DNA of 39,098 bases from Lentisphaeria bacterium (GTDB lineage: Bacteria; Verrucomicrobiota; Lentisphaeria; Victivallales; UBA1829). Below the pieces are notes generated by a model. It did no database searches. It was not told the origin of the DNA and saw only the letters and a list, made by a program, of their open reading frames with translations. Made by a program: the position numbers and the translations under genes. The DNA lies in NCBI GenBank assembly GCA_019408975.1, contig DXVA01000005.1:1-39098 (forward strand), read 5' to 3'. How positions within the stretch are numbered: the stretch's first letter is position 1; every line of letters starts with the position of its first letter. Of the stretch, positions 25,586 to 33,884 are shown in pieces.

Positions 25586-25786
25586 GGTGCACCTCATGTT
25601 TTTGTGTTGTGGATTTTGTGACAGGAGGATGCCTGTCATAATATTGTTGTGCGAAAATAAAACTGATTGCAGAGGTATCCGGCTGGTGCGGCTTCCCGCA
25701 CACAAGCCGGAATCATCAAATTATCATCATTCGGACTCCGCCGGACTCTCATATCATAGTAGACACACTGTATTTTTTTACCGGAC

Positions 25787-26398
25787 TTATTCCTTCGGGA
25801 TCTGCGTAAAACCAAACATCCGGCATCCCTCCGGAGTCTTTTCCTTTTCATTGACTTTCGCGGCATAACTCATCCAGTGAGAAGCATTATGCAGTTGCGT
25901 TTCCGCATCCGCCCCATGACGGCGAATCCGTATGCCGGTATTGTGGTCCGCCTGTTCCTGCGGAGGGCAATACCGCACATAATTGGAATCAGGGGATGTT
26001 CCGATTTCACGGGACCAGACATCATTGAAAAATCCAGCGATCTTCTGGACATGCTGAACCTTGTTGCCGTCACAAACCGGATAGCAGTGATAATGAGGAT
26101 GTTCGGAATCACGTTGTTCTCGTGCCCAGACAAGCTGGGCATCGATCCCCTCCCGCTTCAACCTCATCCGGCATTTGCGTATCGCATTGGAAATATGCCG
26201 GTTATCATTCTGTGTTTCCATTTCAGGAGGAAAACGGAATTCCAGATGCCCTACAAATACCTGGCTATGCTTATCCGTCATGTACCGTAACCGTTTCTGA
26301 ATTTCATTCACTGCCTCCCGATACACGGGATGCTCCGGATCGGCATTCACGGATAAATGGTTCAAGTGGCTTTCCATGTGGTGGTGTCTTTTCGGCAT
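25787..26398 (-). CDS. YagK/YfjJ-domain (inovirus Gp2-type) protein, putative island replication/DNA-processing protein
   Basis: HLEFRFP...QLVWAREQRDSEHPHYHCYPVCDGNK matches the W.RE......HYH....(N/D)G signature of this family. AAGGAG lies upstream of ATG 26398, although the ORF stays open to 26470. Homologues sit beside alpA and int in E. coli CP4-57/CP4-6. Confidence 0.7.
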   Translation of the reverse strand: MPKRHHHMESHLNHLSVNADPEHPVYREAVNEIQKRLRYMTDKHSQVFVGHLEFRFPPEMETQNDNRHISNAIRKCRMRLKREGIDAQLVWAREQRDSEHPHYHCYPVCDGNKVQHVQKIAGFFNDVWSREIGTSPDSNYVRYCPPQEQADHNTGIRIRRHGADAETQLHNASHWMSYAAKVNEKEKTPEGCRMFGFTQIPKE

Positions 26399-26583
26399 GA
26401 TTTTCTCTGCTCCTTTTCTGAATGATTTTATGTATGCCATGATTGATTTCTGTTCTGTAATTATTCTCATTCGGAATTCGAATAATCATTAGAAATCAAT
26501 TTCCGTATCTTATTTTCGGGCTTATTCTGTGCTTCCTGTTCCCTGTTCATCGTTTATTATGGCTGCTGTTTAGGCTTATGGCT

Positions 26584-26651
26584 TTATAGCTTCCTGATAA
26601 CTTTATAGCTTTTATAACTCTTATAGCTTACTCTAATAGCTCTTATAGCTT
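26584..26651. repeat. Iteron-like array: 4 exact TTATAGCTT copies plus degenerate copies
   Basis: Exact 9-mers start at 26584, 26603, 26621 and 26643. Degenerate copies are TTATAACT (26613), TAATAGCT (26634) and GCTTATGGCTT (26574). Spacing is about 9-11 bp or multiples of that. The array lies in the divergent region between the YagK-like and AlpA-like genes. Confidence 0.8.
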
Positions 26652-26847
26652 AGCTTTAGCTATTTCTAATAACCGAGTTGTGCCTGATCGAATTTTGCCT
26701 GCATTTCCATAACTTTTTGAAACATGAGTTGCCGTAATGCTGAATGAGGCTGTTTTTACACTTAGGTCCCGCATAAAATAACAGGAACTCAAAAGTAAAA
26801 AAGATTCATGACCCGCGATCGTATGCGCTCAAAGGAGGGGCGTATAC

Positions 26848-27174
26848 ATGAATGAAATCAGAATTTCAATGAATACCGTCCGTTTCTTCAAACGGATCAT
26901 GCGTCCGGTCGCAGAAGAAGGAATTATTTCACTGCCGGAATACAACGAGGCAATCTCTCAATTGACCAGCCTTGCGGAACATGGTGTTCCCAAAGCTGTG
27001 GTCACTCCGAAACTTCTGGATCAGCGTGAGGTCGCGGAGATGCTCAACATCAGCCACAGCAATTTCAAAAAACTCGAAGCCGAGGGTGCTTTCCCATTCA
27101 AAAGGAAAATGGTAGGCTCAGCAGTGCGATACCGCAATACCGATGTTCTGAATTACATCAGTTCCTGTGACTGA
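26848..27174 (+). CDS. AlpA/excisionase-type (MerR-superfamily HTH) DNA-binding protein
   Basis: The C-terminal half, LLDQREVAEMLNISHSNFKKLEAEGAFPFKRKMVGSAVRYRNTDVLNYI, fits the HTH_17/AlpA pattern. GGAGG lies upstream of the ATG. The position between a YagK-like gene and int matches CP4-57-type islands. Confidence 0.7.
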   Translation: MNEIRISMNTVRFFKRIMRPVAEEGIISLPEYNEAISQLTSLAEHGVPKAVVTPKLLDQREVAEMLNISHSNFKKLEAEGAFPFKRKMVGSAVRYRNTDVLNYISSCD

Positions 27175-28550
27175 TCTTTCCATTGCTGAATTCCGCGTTT
27201 TCGGTAATGCCTGTGTTTTTTATAGACACGAATATTCCATAATGCCATATATTTACGTAGCGTTGGAACAGAAATAGGCTTTGGCATGATGACACGTGTA
27301 TTAATGTCCTTTACTATCTGGGAAATATCCTGTCCCTGTTGGACTCGTGTCCAGACAAAGTCCCGGAGATGCGCAGAATGAAGCATCTTGATTCGATACG
27401 TCCAATAAATCGCTTCCTTATGGCATGTATACCGGTATGTACACATGTCTCTGGAAGCAGATTTTGAGGCAATACAATCCCGGAAACACAGGTCCAGTTC
27501 CGATGATTTTCCTTTACGCCAGTAGTCCGCTTCATAAGCCATTTCAAATAGTGAGCATGGCATTTTTTCTTTGGCAATAATACAGACAAAGTAACCAGCC
27601 TCCGCCAAATTTTTCAGCATTTGCTTTAGGAGTTGCTTTTCTGCTTTTTTATATTCAAATCCATCCAGAAAGATATTTTTCGGCAATCCGGGAATCGACA
27701 AAATACATTCCAAATTTGATTTTCCTGTTTCGTTCAGCTGCCAAGGAGCGGATTTGTTCCCCAGCAGACATGAAAAGAAATTTTTCCCATTTCTTATTAT
27801 TCCATAATCCAGTTCTTTGCGGAGATCATCAAAAGCGAGATTTAGGTGCAGAAGCTTTATTTGCTGATGAAAGTTCCAGCAATCCTGTTCATTTGTAATA
27901 TTTTTGAAGTATACAACATCCTTATTTTGATTAAAACGCCATGGAATTCCCCCTTTTATGCCGGTCGGCAAAATATTTCCCTGTTCCTCACAGGCACGTT
28001 GTATTTGATTGATTCCATACCAGTCACGATGTTGACTACTGTCAGCGATATAGGCCGCAATAGACAATCCCCAGGCGGTAAGATTTCCATTTCCCCAGAA
28101 AACTGCATTTTTAACTTTTCCAAGCGTTTGGCTGCCTATCGCTTTTTTCCCCTCCCAGTTGTCAAGAATAAAATGACTGCTGGGAACCAGTTTGTTAAAA
28201 TCCATTGAAGTATGGCACGGCTCTTGGTGTGTGGCATTTTGGGGGACTGGTGAGATGAGCGGCATAGGTATATCTTGATTGGAGGATGAGTCAGAACTGG
28301 AAGAATTATCGGGCAGCATGTTTGGAAGATTAGCATTTGCAGATGGGGAGATATCTTGAGAAAATACAGATGAGGCTTGTGAACAATTATTGCTATAACT
28401 AGATGGTAGATTTCCATTATTTACTGGTTCTGATTCCATACTTTTATCCTTCATTTTTTTTGATTTCATTATTTCTTTTGCATAAATATATAAGTATAAT
28501 AAAATCATATCTAATATAATTAATATAGCAAATAAAAATTCATAAATCAA
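27153..28550 (-). CDS. Hypothetical protein, AT-rich orphan (up to 465 aa), possible N-terminal TM helix and Ser-rich linker
   Basis: Long ORF in the most AT-rich part of the window. I recognise no motif. Alternative starts lie at 28469, 28454 and 28439. Its 3' end overlaps the convergent AlpA-like gene by 22 nt. Confidence 0.55.
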   Translation of the reverse strand: MIYEFLFAILIILDMILLYLYIYAKEIMKSKKMKDKSMESEPVNNGNLPSSYSNNCSQASSVFSQDISPSANANLPNMLPDNSSSSDSSSNQDIPMPLISPVPQNATHQEPCHTSMDFNKLVPSSHFILDNWEGKKAIGSQTLGKVKNAVFWGNGNLTAWGLSIAAYIADSSQHRDWYGINQIQRACEEQGNILPTGIKGGIPWRFNQNKDVVYFKNITNEQDCWNFHQQIKLLHLNLAFDDLRKELDYGIIRNGKNFFSCLLGNKSAPWQLNETGKSNLECILSIPGLPKNIFLDGFEYKKAEKQLLKQMLKNLAEAGYFVCIIAKEKMPCSLFEMAYEADYWRKGKSSELDLCFRDCIASKSASRDMCTYRYTCHKEAIYWTYRIKMLHSAHLRDFVWTRVQQGQDISQIVKDINTRVIMPKPISVPTLRKYMALWNIRVYKKHRHYRKRGIQQWKDQSQELM

Positions 28551-28665
28551 GTATAATTTTTATTTTTTAATAGAGATAATAATAAATTCCATTTTTGCAT
28601 AAATAATATTTTTAATAAAGCATATTCTTATTTTCTTTTTCTATAGAAAAATATTTATTCATATA

Positions 28666-28720
28666 GTGCATTTTATATTTTTATAAATGCACAGAGACAT
28701 TACTATCCTGTGCATTTGCA
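28666..28720. promoter_or_regulatory. Palindromic GTGCATTT elements between the integrase stop and the orphan gene start
   Basis: GTGCATTTTATA-TTT-TTATAAATGCAC (28666-28692) is a near-perfect 27-bp palindrome. A third GTGCATTTGCA lies at 28710-28720. These could form an operator or a weak int terminator. Confidence 0.4.
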
Positions 28721-28734
28721 AGGAAGCATATTAA

Positions 28735-30030
28735 TCAATCTTTTAATATTTTAATAAGACTTTGCACTTCTTGTGTATCTGGAAGATTTTGCAGATATTG
28801 CAAAGCTTTTTCGATCCGTGCCCTGTCGGATGGTCCTGCGGTTCCGCTGACGGCTTTTATCGCCTTGAGCTGGGCATCTTCCCCGACGTGCGTATAAAAC
28901 TGATCAATGATGTCGCTGTTCGCACCGAGGATCGAAACCACCACTGCTTTCGGAACACCCGCCTCCGCGCAGAACGAGGCAAAACTGTGGCGCAGACTGT
29001 GGAACCCATAGACAACCATCTTTCTTTTTCTGCCGGGAACTTCGACGTTGGTTTCCATTCCGGCACGTTTGATGACGCGCATCACGTCGATATTGACAAA
29101 ATTATCGCCTACGGATTTTCCCTTTGCGTCTACCGTCAAATAACGTTTTGCCACATTGGGAGAGACATAGGAGTCAATGCGCCATTCTTTTGCCTGCTCC
29201 AGTGCGCGGACAAGCGGTTCTGCGATGGGAATAGATACCTGTTTCCCGGTTTTAAACTGTTTCACCCAAATCCGGCGATGCATCAAATCCACATGATCCC
29301 ATTGCAGGAGAACGCAGTCTTTCAGCCGCTGTCCGGTATACATCCCGATCAGATAAATGACTTTCAGCTCTTTTTTATTCATGACTTTGAAACTCGGATC
29401 GTCCAGAACCTTGAGAATTGCTTCTTCCTGTTCTTTGGTGAATGCGAGACGGCGCACCGTGTTTCCTTGTTCTTCCCGTGGTTTTCTGCGCAGATTCTGG
29501 GATGCAAACGGGTTGTCTTCGGAATAATAATCCGAGAGTGTGGTAAAGATTTTTCTGAGACGGAGAATTTTCCGATTATGTGTGGATACTGAAATCGCTG
29601 TCGTCTTGAGATAAGCCGCATATTGGTCTGCGATACCTGGTGTAATTGCCGCCACCTGTGTTTCTTCCCCGACGTAACGTATGAATTCCGTAAAGGTTGT
29701 TTCGTAGGAAATTTCTTCATGACGTGTCGCGGGAAATGCCCTGTCCGGATGTTCCGCATAAATTTTCCAGGCGTCTTTCAGAGCAAGCGGGCGGCTTTTT
29801 CTTGCGAGATTGCGTGCCACTTTGACATGTGCGGAGATCACTTCTGCTGTTGTTGCCTGAACGATGGGCAGAAGTTCTTTTGCTTTTTTCAGAGCTTCTT
29901 CCTGATTCTGCGTTTTCAGACTGACACATTTTCGTTCATGATTGACCTGATAGCGGAAATAATAAGTTCCGCCTTCTTCCTTCTGATAAACAGTTCCGGT
30001 TTCCAGTTTGATCTTGTTTTTCTTTCCCAT
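28735..30030 (-). CDS. int: Tyrosine-type site-specific recombinase (integrase)
   Basis: 431 aa with catalytic-domain signatures GQRLKD (Arg), HSLRHSF (His-x-x-Arg) and the QFYTHV region (Tyr). It lies about 110 bp from the 3' end of tRNA-Lys. Confidence 0.9.
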   Translation of the reverse strand: MGKKNKIKLETGTVYQKEEGGTYYFRYQVNHERKCVSLKTQNQEEALKKAKELLPIVQATTAEVISAHVKVARNLARKSRPLALKDAWKIYAEHPDRAFPATRHEEISYETTFTEFIRYVGEETQVAAITPGIADQYAAYLKTTAISVSTHNRKILRLRKIFTTLSDYYSEDNPFASQNLRRKPREEQGNTVRRLAFTKEQEEAILKVLDDPSFKVMNKKELKVIYLIGMYTGQRLKDCVLLQWDHVDLMHRRIWVKQFKTGKQVSIPIAEPLVRALEQAKEWRIDSYVSPNVAKRYLTVDAKGKSVGDNFVNIDVMRVIKRAGMETNVEVPGRKRKMVVYGFHSLRHSFASFCAEAGVPKAVVVSILGANSDIIDQFYTHVGEDAQLKAIKAVSGTAGPSDRARIEKALQYLQNLPDTQEVQSLIKILKD

Positions 30031-30137
30031 TTCATCCTCCGGCGATGAAAAATCCTGTTTTGGCTAAAATAATACGGAAAAAAGAGAAAGAAAGCTCTGA
30101 ATGGTAATAAACGGTAACTTTTCTTTAGAAATGAGGC

Positions 30138-30159
30138 TAAAATGGTGCGCCCACAAGGA
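30138..30159. repeat. Proximal att-type direct repeat (tRNA-Lys 3' end plus 5 nt)
   Basis: Identical to 4426-4447. Positions 30143-30159 are the last 17 nt of the tRNA, including the CCA. Confidence 0.9.
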
Positions 30160-30218
30160 CTCGAACCTTGGACCCAATGATTAAGAGTCATTTGCTCTAC
30201 CGACTGAGCTATGGGCGC
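30143..30218 (-). tRNA. tRNA-Lys (anticodon CUU), CCA encoded
   Basis: The reverse complement reads GCGCCCA-TA-GCTC-AGTCGGT-AGAGC-A-AATGA-CTCTTAA-TCATT-GGGTC-CAAGG-TTCGAGT-CCTTG-TGGGCGC-ACCA. It is 76 nt and folds by hand into a cloverleaf with anticodon CTT. Confidence 0.9.
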
Positions 30219-30243
30219 ATCTCTTATTTCATAGAATGCATTT

Positions 30244-30271
30244 AATATACCCGAACGGAACAGAAAATCAA
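30244..30271 (-). promoter_or_regulatory. Possible sigma70-type promoter of the tRNA-Lys gene
   Basis: On the minus strand: TTGATT, a 16-nt spacer, then TATATT, ending about 25 nt upstream of the mature tRNA 5' end. Confidence 0.4.
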
Positions 30272-30457
30272 GGCGATTTCTAAAAATTATTTGACTTTTT
30301 TGTCCGGAAACAGCCTGAATGTGAAAAGACGATTCTGTCTGATCCGGGAAAACGGTTGCCTGTTGCGGCACCTGCTTTACAGCAAAAGATCTCCGGCTGT
30401 TTTTTCACATCCGCCATGTTTCTGCTGCACAACGCCGGCACCGAAGAACAGCACTTC

Positions 30458-32641
30458 CTATTTCCAGAACTGGATCGAAATATTCTGGAGAAAATAATAC
30501 CAGATTCCAAAACCTGCCGCAATACCGAGAATCAAGGCAAGAAGGACAATCAGGATTTTGGCGCAGCCGGACATTTCTGCCGCAGTCTTTACCCCTTTTT
30601 CCTGTTTGAGAAAACCGCCGACGACATCCACCGGATTCAGCAGGGTTGTTATCGGAATCCGTGGCTGGCTTGTAAAGATGAGCCCCATTTTCCTGGAGAG
30701 ACGCATGCGTTTGTTGAGAGCCCAGCCGCCGGCTTCCAGAAAACCGGCAACGTTACGGCGGTAGAGCTTGACCAGAGATACCACAACGACCGGGCCGCCG
30801 AAAATCAGCATGACACACAGAAGCACACCGATCACGCTCCAGAGCGAGATGTTGTGCAGTGCCTGCGCCATGAAGGCAATGGAACTGCCGATCGCCGCAA
30901 GCCCGACTCCACCTCCCATCAGGAGCATGGAGCCGCTGACTGCCGGAGTCTGCTGTTTGGCTGCCGCAGGCGGATTCTTGGGATCATAAGACTGTGCCTG
31001 TGCGACAGATTTTTCAAAGCCGGATTCAAACTCTTTGGTGCGTGCCGAGAAAAATTTGTCGATCTGTTTGCCGATAAACGTCCCGAACCGGTAGAACGGC
31101 ATCCGCAGAGCTTCCGAGAAGGAAACAGGCTGCTGGATATAATCAATGACCTGAGCATCCCATGTGACGCCGTCGGGTGTGACGAAAACGCCGCTTTTGC
31201 CGATGAAGAGGTTATACATATCGCCGGACGTGACTGCAACCGCAAGAGTCATTTTCCGGACTGCTCCGACCTGTCCGGTGGAAACTTCGATATACATGGT
31301 GCAGATATTGCAGTTGACCGCCAGCTTCTTATGCGCCGCCACATTGGATACGCGGGTCGTCAGTGTGAAATGCCTTCCGTCCATGATCAGCTTGCCCGCC
31401 AGGAGCATGGAGGTGATCTCCTGATCGAACAGAGATTTCAGTGATACGTAATTATTCATGAACTCAAGCATATGGCGCTGGTAAAGAATGAGCTTGCGCA
31501 CATCCTTGAAACAGGCGATTTCATCCTTGCGTTCCGCATCGAAGGCGATCATTGCCGTAATTCTGTCCGCGATATTTTCCGACAGAAAATATTTGAGCCT
31601 GTCCACGGGAAGCGTATCCAGGCAGTCCGTATTTTTCCGTTTGAGCCAGGCGTCATAGACCGCCAGCCCTGCCTTGACTGCATTCCATTCCTCCCGCGTG
31701 ATCTCCTCTTTTCCGGGAAGAGTTTTTGCGAAGAATGCAATCAGCCTGTTCGCCCAGAGCGGATTCAGTTCCGAATTCAGAAGCAGCAGCGATTTCTCAT
31801 TCGGTTCGCAGACCGGCGCGGCATTCAGGTACTTTTCCATTGCGGCGGAATCCATGATATCCAGCGGCGGCAGCGCTTTGGTGGTGTTGCCGGAGGACAT
31901 GCGCAGAATGCCGCAGAAAGTGAAGAACTCATCCACTTTTGCGGTGATTTCCTGATAGATGCCGAAGATCTCCTTCGTCGCATCGCCGTAAGGCAGGATT
32001 TCAGGTGCATTGAGAGGTTCCTCATGCCATTTCAGGTAGGCGCCGGCTTTGTCCGTGAATTGAGCCAGAATATCCTGGTTGATGCCGTCAAGCCCGGAGA
32101 TATCGGCGACTTTGCCGACGCAGTTCATGGCGAAGGTTGCGAATTCAGCGACATCCGGGTCGGGAATCAGGGAAGGGGGGATGACACCGTCGCCGTTCTG
32201 GAGCCCTGCCGCCATGATTTTCTTCCGGTCGCGGATATCGGCAAGAGAGATTTCCCTCGGTTCCTCCGTTCCCGTATTTTCCATCGCGAGCCTGGCGGAA
32301 CTGAGAAGCATTTTCCCTTCGGGCGTTTCGTCATTGATTGCCGAGAATTTCAGGACATCGGAAGCGGCATTGATTCCGGAGTAATCTTTCAGGATGTTCA
32401 GCAGCCATGTGATGGCGCGCCTGGCTTCGTCTACACGGATTTTGCCGTTGTTGTCGTCATCCATGAAGGCGAGAAATTCGGGGTCGCAGGAAATGGAGTC
32501 GATCGGGAGGCTGGTCATAGCCCATAGCGCGGCGTCAAGGTCTTTGACGCAAGAAAGATCGTCCGCCGTTTTCACCGCGATCTGCCAGGAGCCGCCGACA
32601 CGTTCAAAACTCATTTGTCTGTCAGTAGAATTATTTTTCAT
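30458..32641 (-). CDS. Membrane protein with canonical EF-hand Ca-binding loop and C-terminal TM helices (727 aa), function unknown
   Basis: DDDNNGKIRVDE (residues 61-72, nt 32426-32461) fits the 12-residue EF-hand loop (D1, D3, N5, G6, I8, E12). Three or four hydrophobic helices occupy the last ~150 aa. The start overlaps the upstream GT4 gene by 11 nt. Confidence 0.6.
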   Translation of the reverse strand: MKNNSTDRQMSFERVGGSWQIAVKTADDLSCVKDLDAALWAMTSLPIDSISCDPEFLAFMDDDNNGKIRVDEARRAITWLLNILKDYSGINAASDVLKFSAINDETPEGKMLLSSARLAMENTGTEEPREISLADIRDRKKIMAAGLQNGDGVIPPSLIPDPDVAEFATFAMNCVGKVADISGLDGINQDILAQFTDKAGAYLKWHEEPLNAPEILPYGDATKEIFGIYQEITAKVDEFFTFCGILRMSSGNTTKALPPLDIMDSAAMEKYLNAAPVCEPNEKSLLLLNSELNPLWANRLIAFFAKTLPGKEEITREEWNAVKAGLAVYDAWLKRKNTDCLDTLPVDRLKYFLSENIADRITAMIAFDAERKDEIACFKDVRKLILYQRHMLEFMNNYVSLKSLFDQEITSMLLAGKLIMDGRHFTLTTRVSNVAAHKKLAVNCNICTMYIEVSTGQVGAVRKMTLAVAVTSGDMYNLFIGKSGVFVTPDGVTWDAQVIDYIQQPVSFSEALRMPFYRFGTFIGKQIDKFFSARTKEFESGFEKSVAQAQSYDPKNPPAAAKQQTPAVSGSMLLMGGGVGLAAIGSSIAFMAQALHNISLWSVIGVLLCVMLIFGGPVVVVSLVKLYRRNVAGFLEAGGWALNKRMRLSRKMGLIFTSQPRIPITTLLNPVDVVGGFLKQEKGVKTAAEMSGCAKILIVLLALILGIAAGFGIWYYFLQNISIQFWK

Positions 32642-33764
32642 TGGGGGAAGTTCCCTGAAGTTGGGCTTGCTGTTTATTTTGAATGGTGCCGGAATACTGG
32701 ATCAGCGTCAGCATCAGCAGTATTGTGACACCTTGTGCAATCAGGATGAGGCATGATCTTTCGTCTCCCCAGAGCAGCGGCATGGCGCCCAGGCCCGCAA
32801 TGAGGCAGAGAAGATGCACCAGGAGAACCGCGCGTTTGCGTGACATGCCCATATGGAGAAAACGATGGGATATGTGGTTGTGATCTCCCACATAGATCGG
32901 TTTATGGTTGAGAAGGCGGATCACGATGACGGCAAGCGTGTCGAAGATCGGGACGGCGAGAATGAACAGCGGGATCAGGATCGAGAGGCGCGACTCCGAG
33001 ACCAGCGGATTGAAATAGGTGACTTTGGCGCTGATGACCGCCAGCATGTAGCCGAGAAAATGACTGCCGCCGTCTCCCATGAAAATTGACGCGGGAGAAT
33101 GATTGAAGAACCAGAACCCGATTGCCGAACCCGCACAGCAGGCACCGAGGCACGCCACGAAATACTGCTCGTTGACGATTGCCGCAGTTGTGAAGAAGAG
33201 GAATGCGATGGACGCCGTACCGACGGCAAGACCGTCCATGTTGTCGAAGAAATTGGTTGCATTGAAAATGAAAATGATCCAGAATACCGTCAGGAACCAG
33301 CTGAGAAACGGGATATCCAGAAAGAGTGTGATATGAACTCCGCCGAAAGTCGCGGTCGCAACGGCGATGGCGATCTGTCCGTACAGCTTATGGTGCGCCT
33401 TCATGGCGTGTTTATCGTCATACGTTCCCATGACGAGCGCCGCCAGCGCGCAGAGAATGATTACGGCGAATTCGCGCAGGACCAGTTTGATTCCCGCGAC
33501 TCCGGCAATGATGTCCTGCATGGCCTTTTCCGGAAGTATGAACGTGACCGCCGCCAGTGCAGCCAGGATCGTGAGAAGCCACGCCGAATACATGGCGACA
33601 CCGCCGAGGAGCGGGGTGGATTTCGCGTGAAGTTTGTGCCCTTCGCATTTGGGGATGTCAAGGAAACCGAGCAGCTGGGCGATTTTCTGGCATGCCGGAG
33701 TCAGGATCAGCGAAAGCCCCAGCGCCATGATGAATACCGCCGCATAAATTTGTGCCCAGTCCAA
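32631..33764 (-). CDS. Glycosyltransferase family 4 polyprenyl-phosphate sugar-1-phosphate transferase (WecA/MraY-like)
   Basis: Polytopic membrane protein with NATNFFDNMDGLAVG and FMGDGGSHFLGY, which are the hallmark GT4/MraY-WecA motifs. Confidence 0.85.
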   Translation of the reverse strand: MDWAQIYAAVFIMALGLSLILTPACQKIAQLLGFLDIPKCEGHKLHAKSTPLLGGVAMYSAWLLTILAALAAVTFILPEKAMQDIIAGVAGIKLVLREFAVIILCALAALVMGTYDDKHAMKAHHKLYGQIAIAVATATFGGVHITLFLDIPFLSWFLTVFWIIFIFNATNFFDNMDGLAVGTASIAFLFFTTAAIVNEQYFVACLGACCAGSAIGFWFFNHSPASIFMGDGGSHFLGYMLAVISAKVTYFNPLVSESRLSILIPLFILAVPIFDTLAVIVIRLLNHKPIYVGDHNHISHRFLHMGMSRKRAVLLVHLLCLIAGLGAMPLLWGDERSCLILIAQGVTILLMLTLIQYSGTIQNKQQAQLQGTSPNEK

Positions 33765-33884
33765 AGGGTCCTCCTTGAATCTTTGATTAACCTTGCATTT
33801 TGCGCTGGACTACTTGCCCGGGAACGCATATATTATTACTATAACCCGGAAAGTGCTTTTATTCAAAGGAGTTTTTTGCTTATT

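Larger units (their letters stand above)
4426..30159. mobile_element. tRNA-Lys-integrated genomic island (integrative, possibly mobilisable/replicative element), ~25.7 kb
   Basis: Perfect 22-bp direct repeats at both ends. The order is intact tRNA, then integrase, then AlpA-like gene, then YagK/YfjJ-like gene, then cargo, then distal repeat. Base composition is mosaic by eye. No relaxase, T4SS or virion genes are present. Confidence 0.75.

Noticed and set aside
26573-26670. The short repeat array considered as a CRISPR array
   Set aside because: The repeats are only 9 bp, spaced 9-13 bp apart with no unique spacers of CRISPR length, and there are no cas genes. The Cas4-like nuclease is in a non-CRISPR context. 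The pattern fits iterons or operators instead.
28762-29592. 276-aa plus-strand ORF opposite the integrase gene
   Set aside because: It is antisense to a gene with a clear tyrosine-recombinase signature. It has no motifs and an unusual Phe/Cys/His-rich composition.
20853-30030. Interpretation of the int-proximal module as a prophage or a self-transmissible ICE
   Set aside because: No terminase, portal, capsid, tail or lysis genes are visible in any frame, and no relaxase, coupling protein or T4SS genes either. Only integration, excision, replication-like and accessory genes are present, so an island, IME or satellite-like element fits better.
30356-32527. Two long plus-strand ORFs (362 and 351 aa) opposite the EF-hand membrane protein gene
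   Set aside because: These are antisense shadows with Arg/His/Cys-rich composition and no recognisable motifs. The minus-strand frame gives a coherent protein with an EF-hand loop and TM helices.
33099-33884. N-terminal 262-aa extension of the radical SAM ORF in the ORF track
   Set aside because: The extension is antisense to the GT4 gene and is Arg/Glu/Asp-rich. A good AGGAG plus ATG at 33885 begins exactly where the family-typical N-terminus (FGPIPSRRLG...CxxxCxxC) starts.
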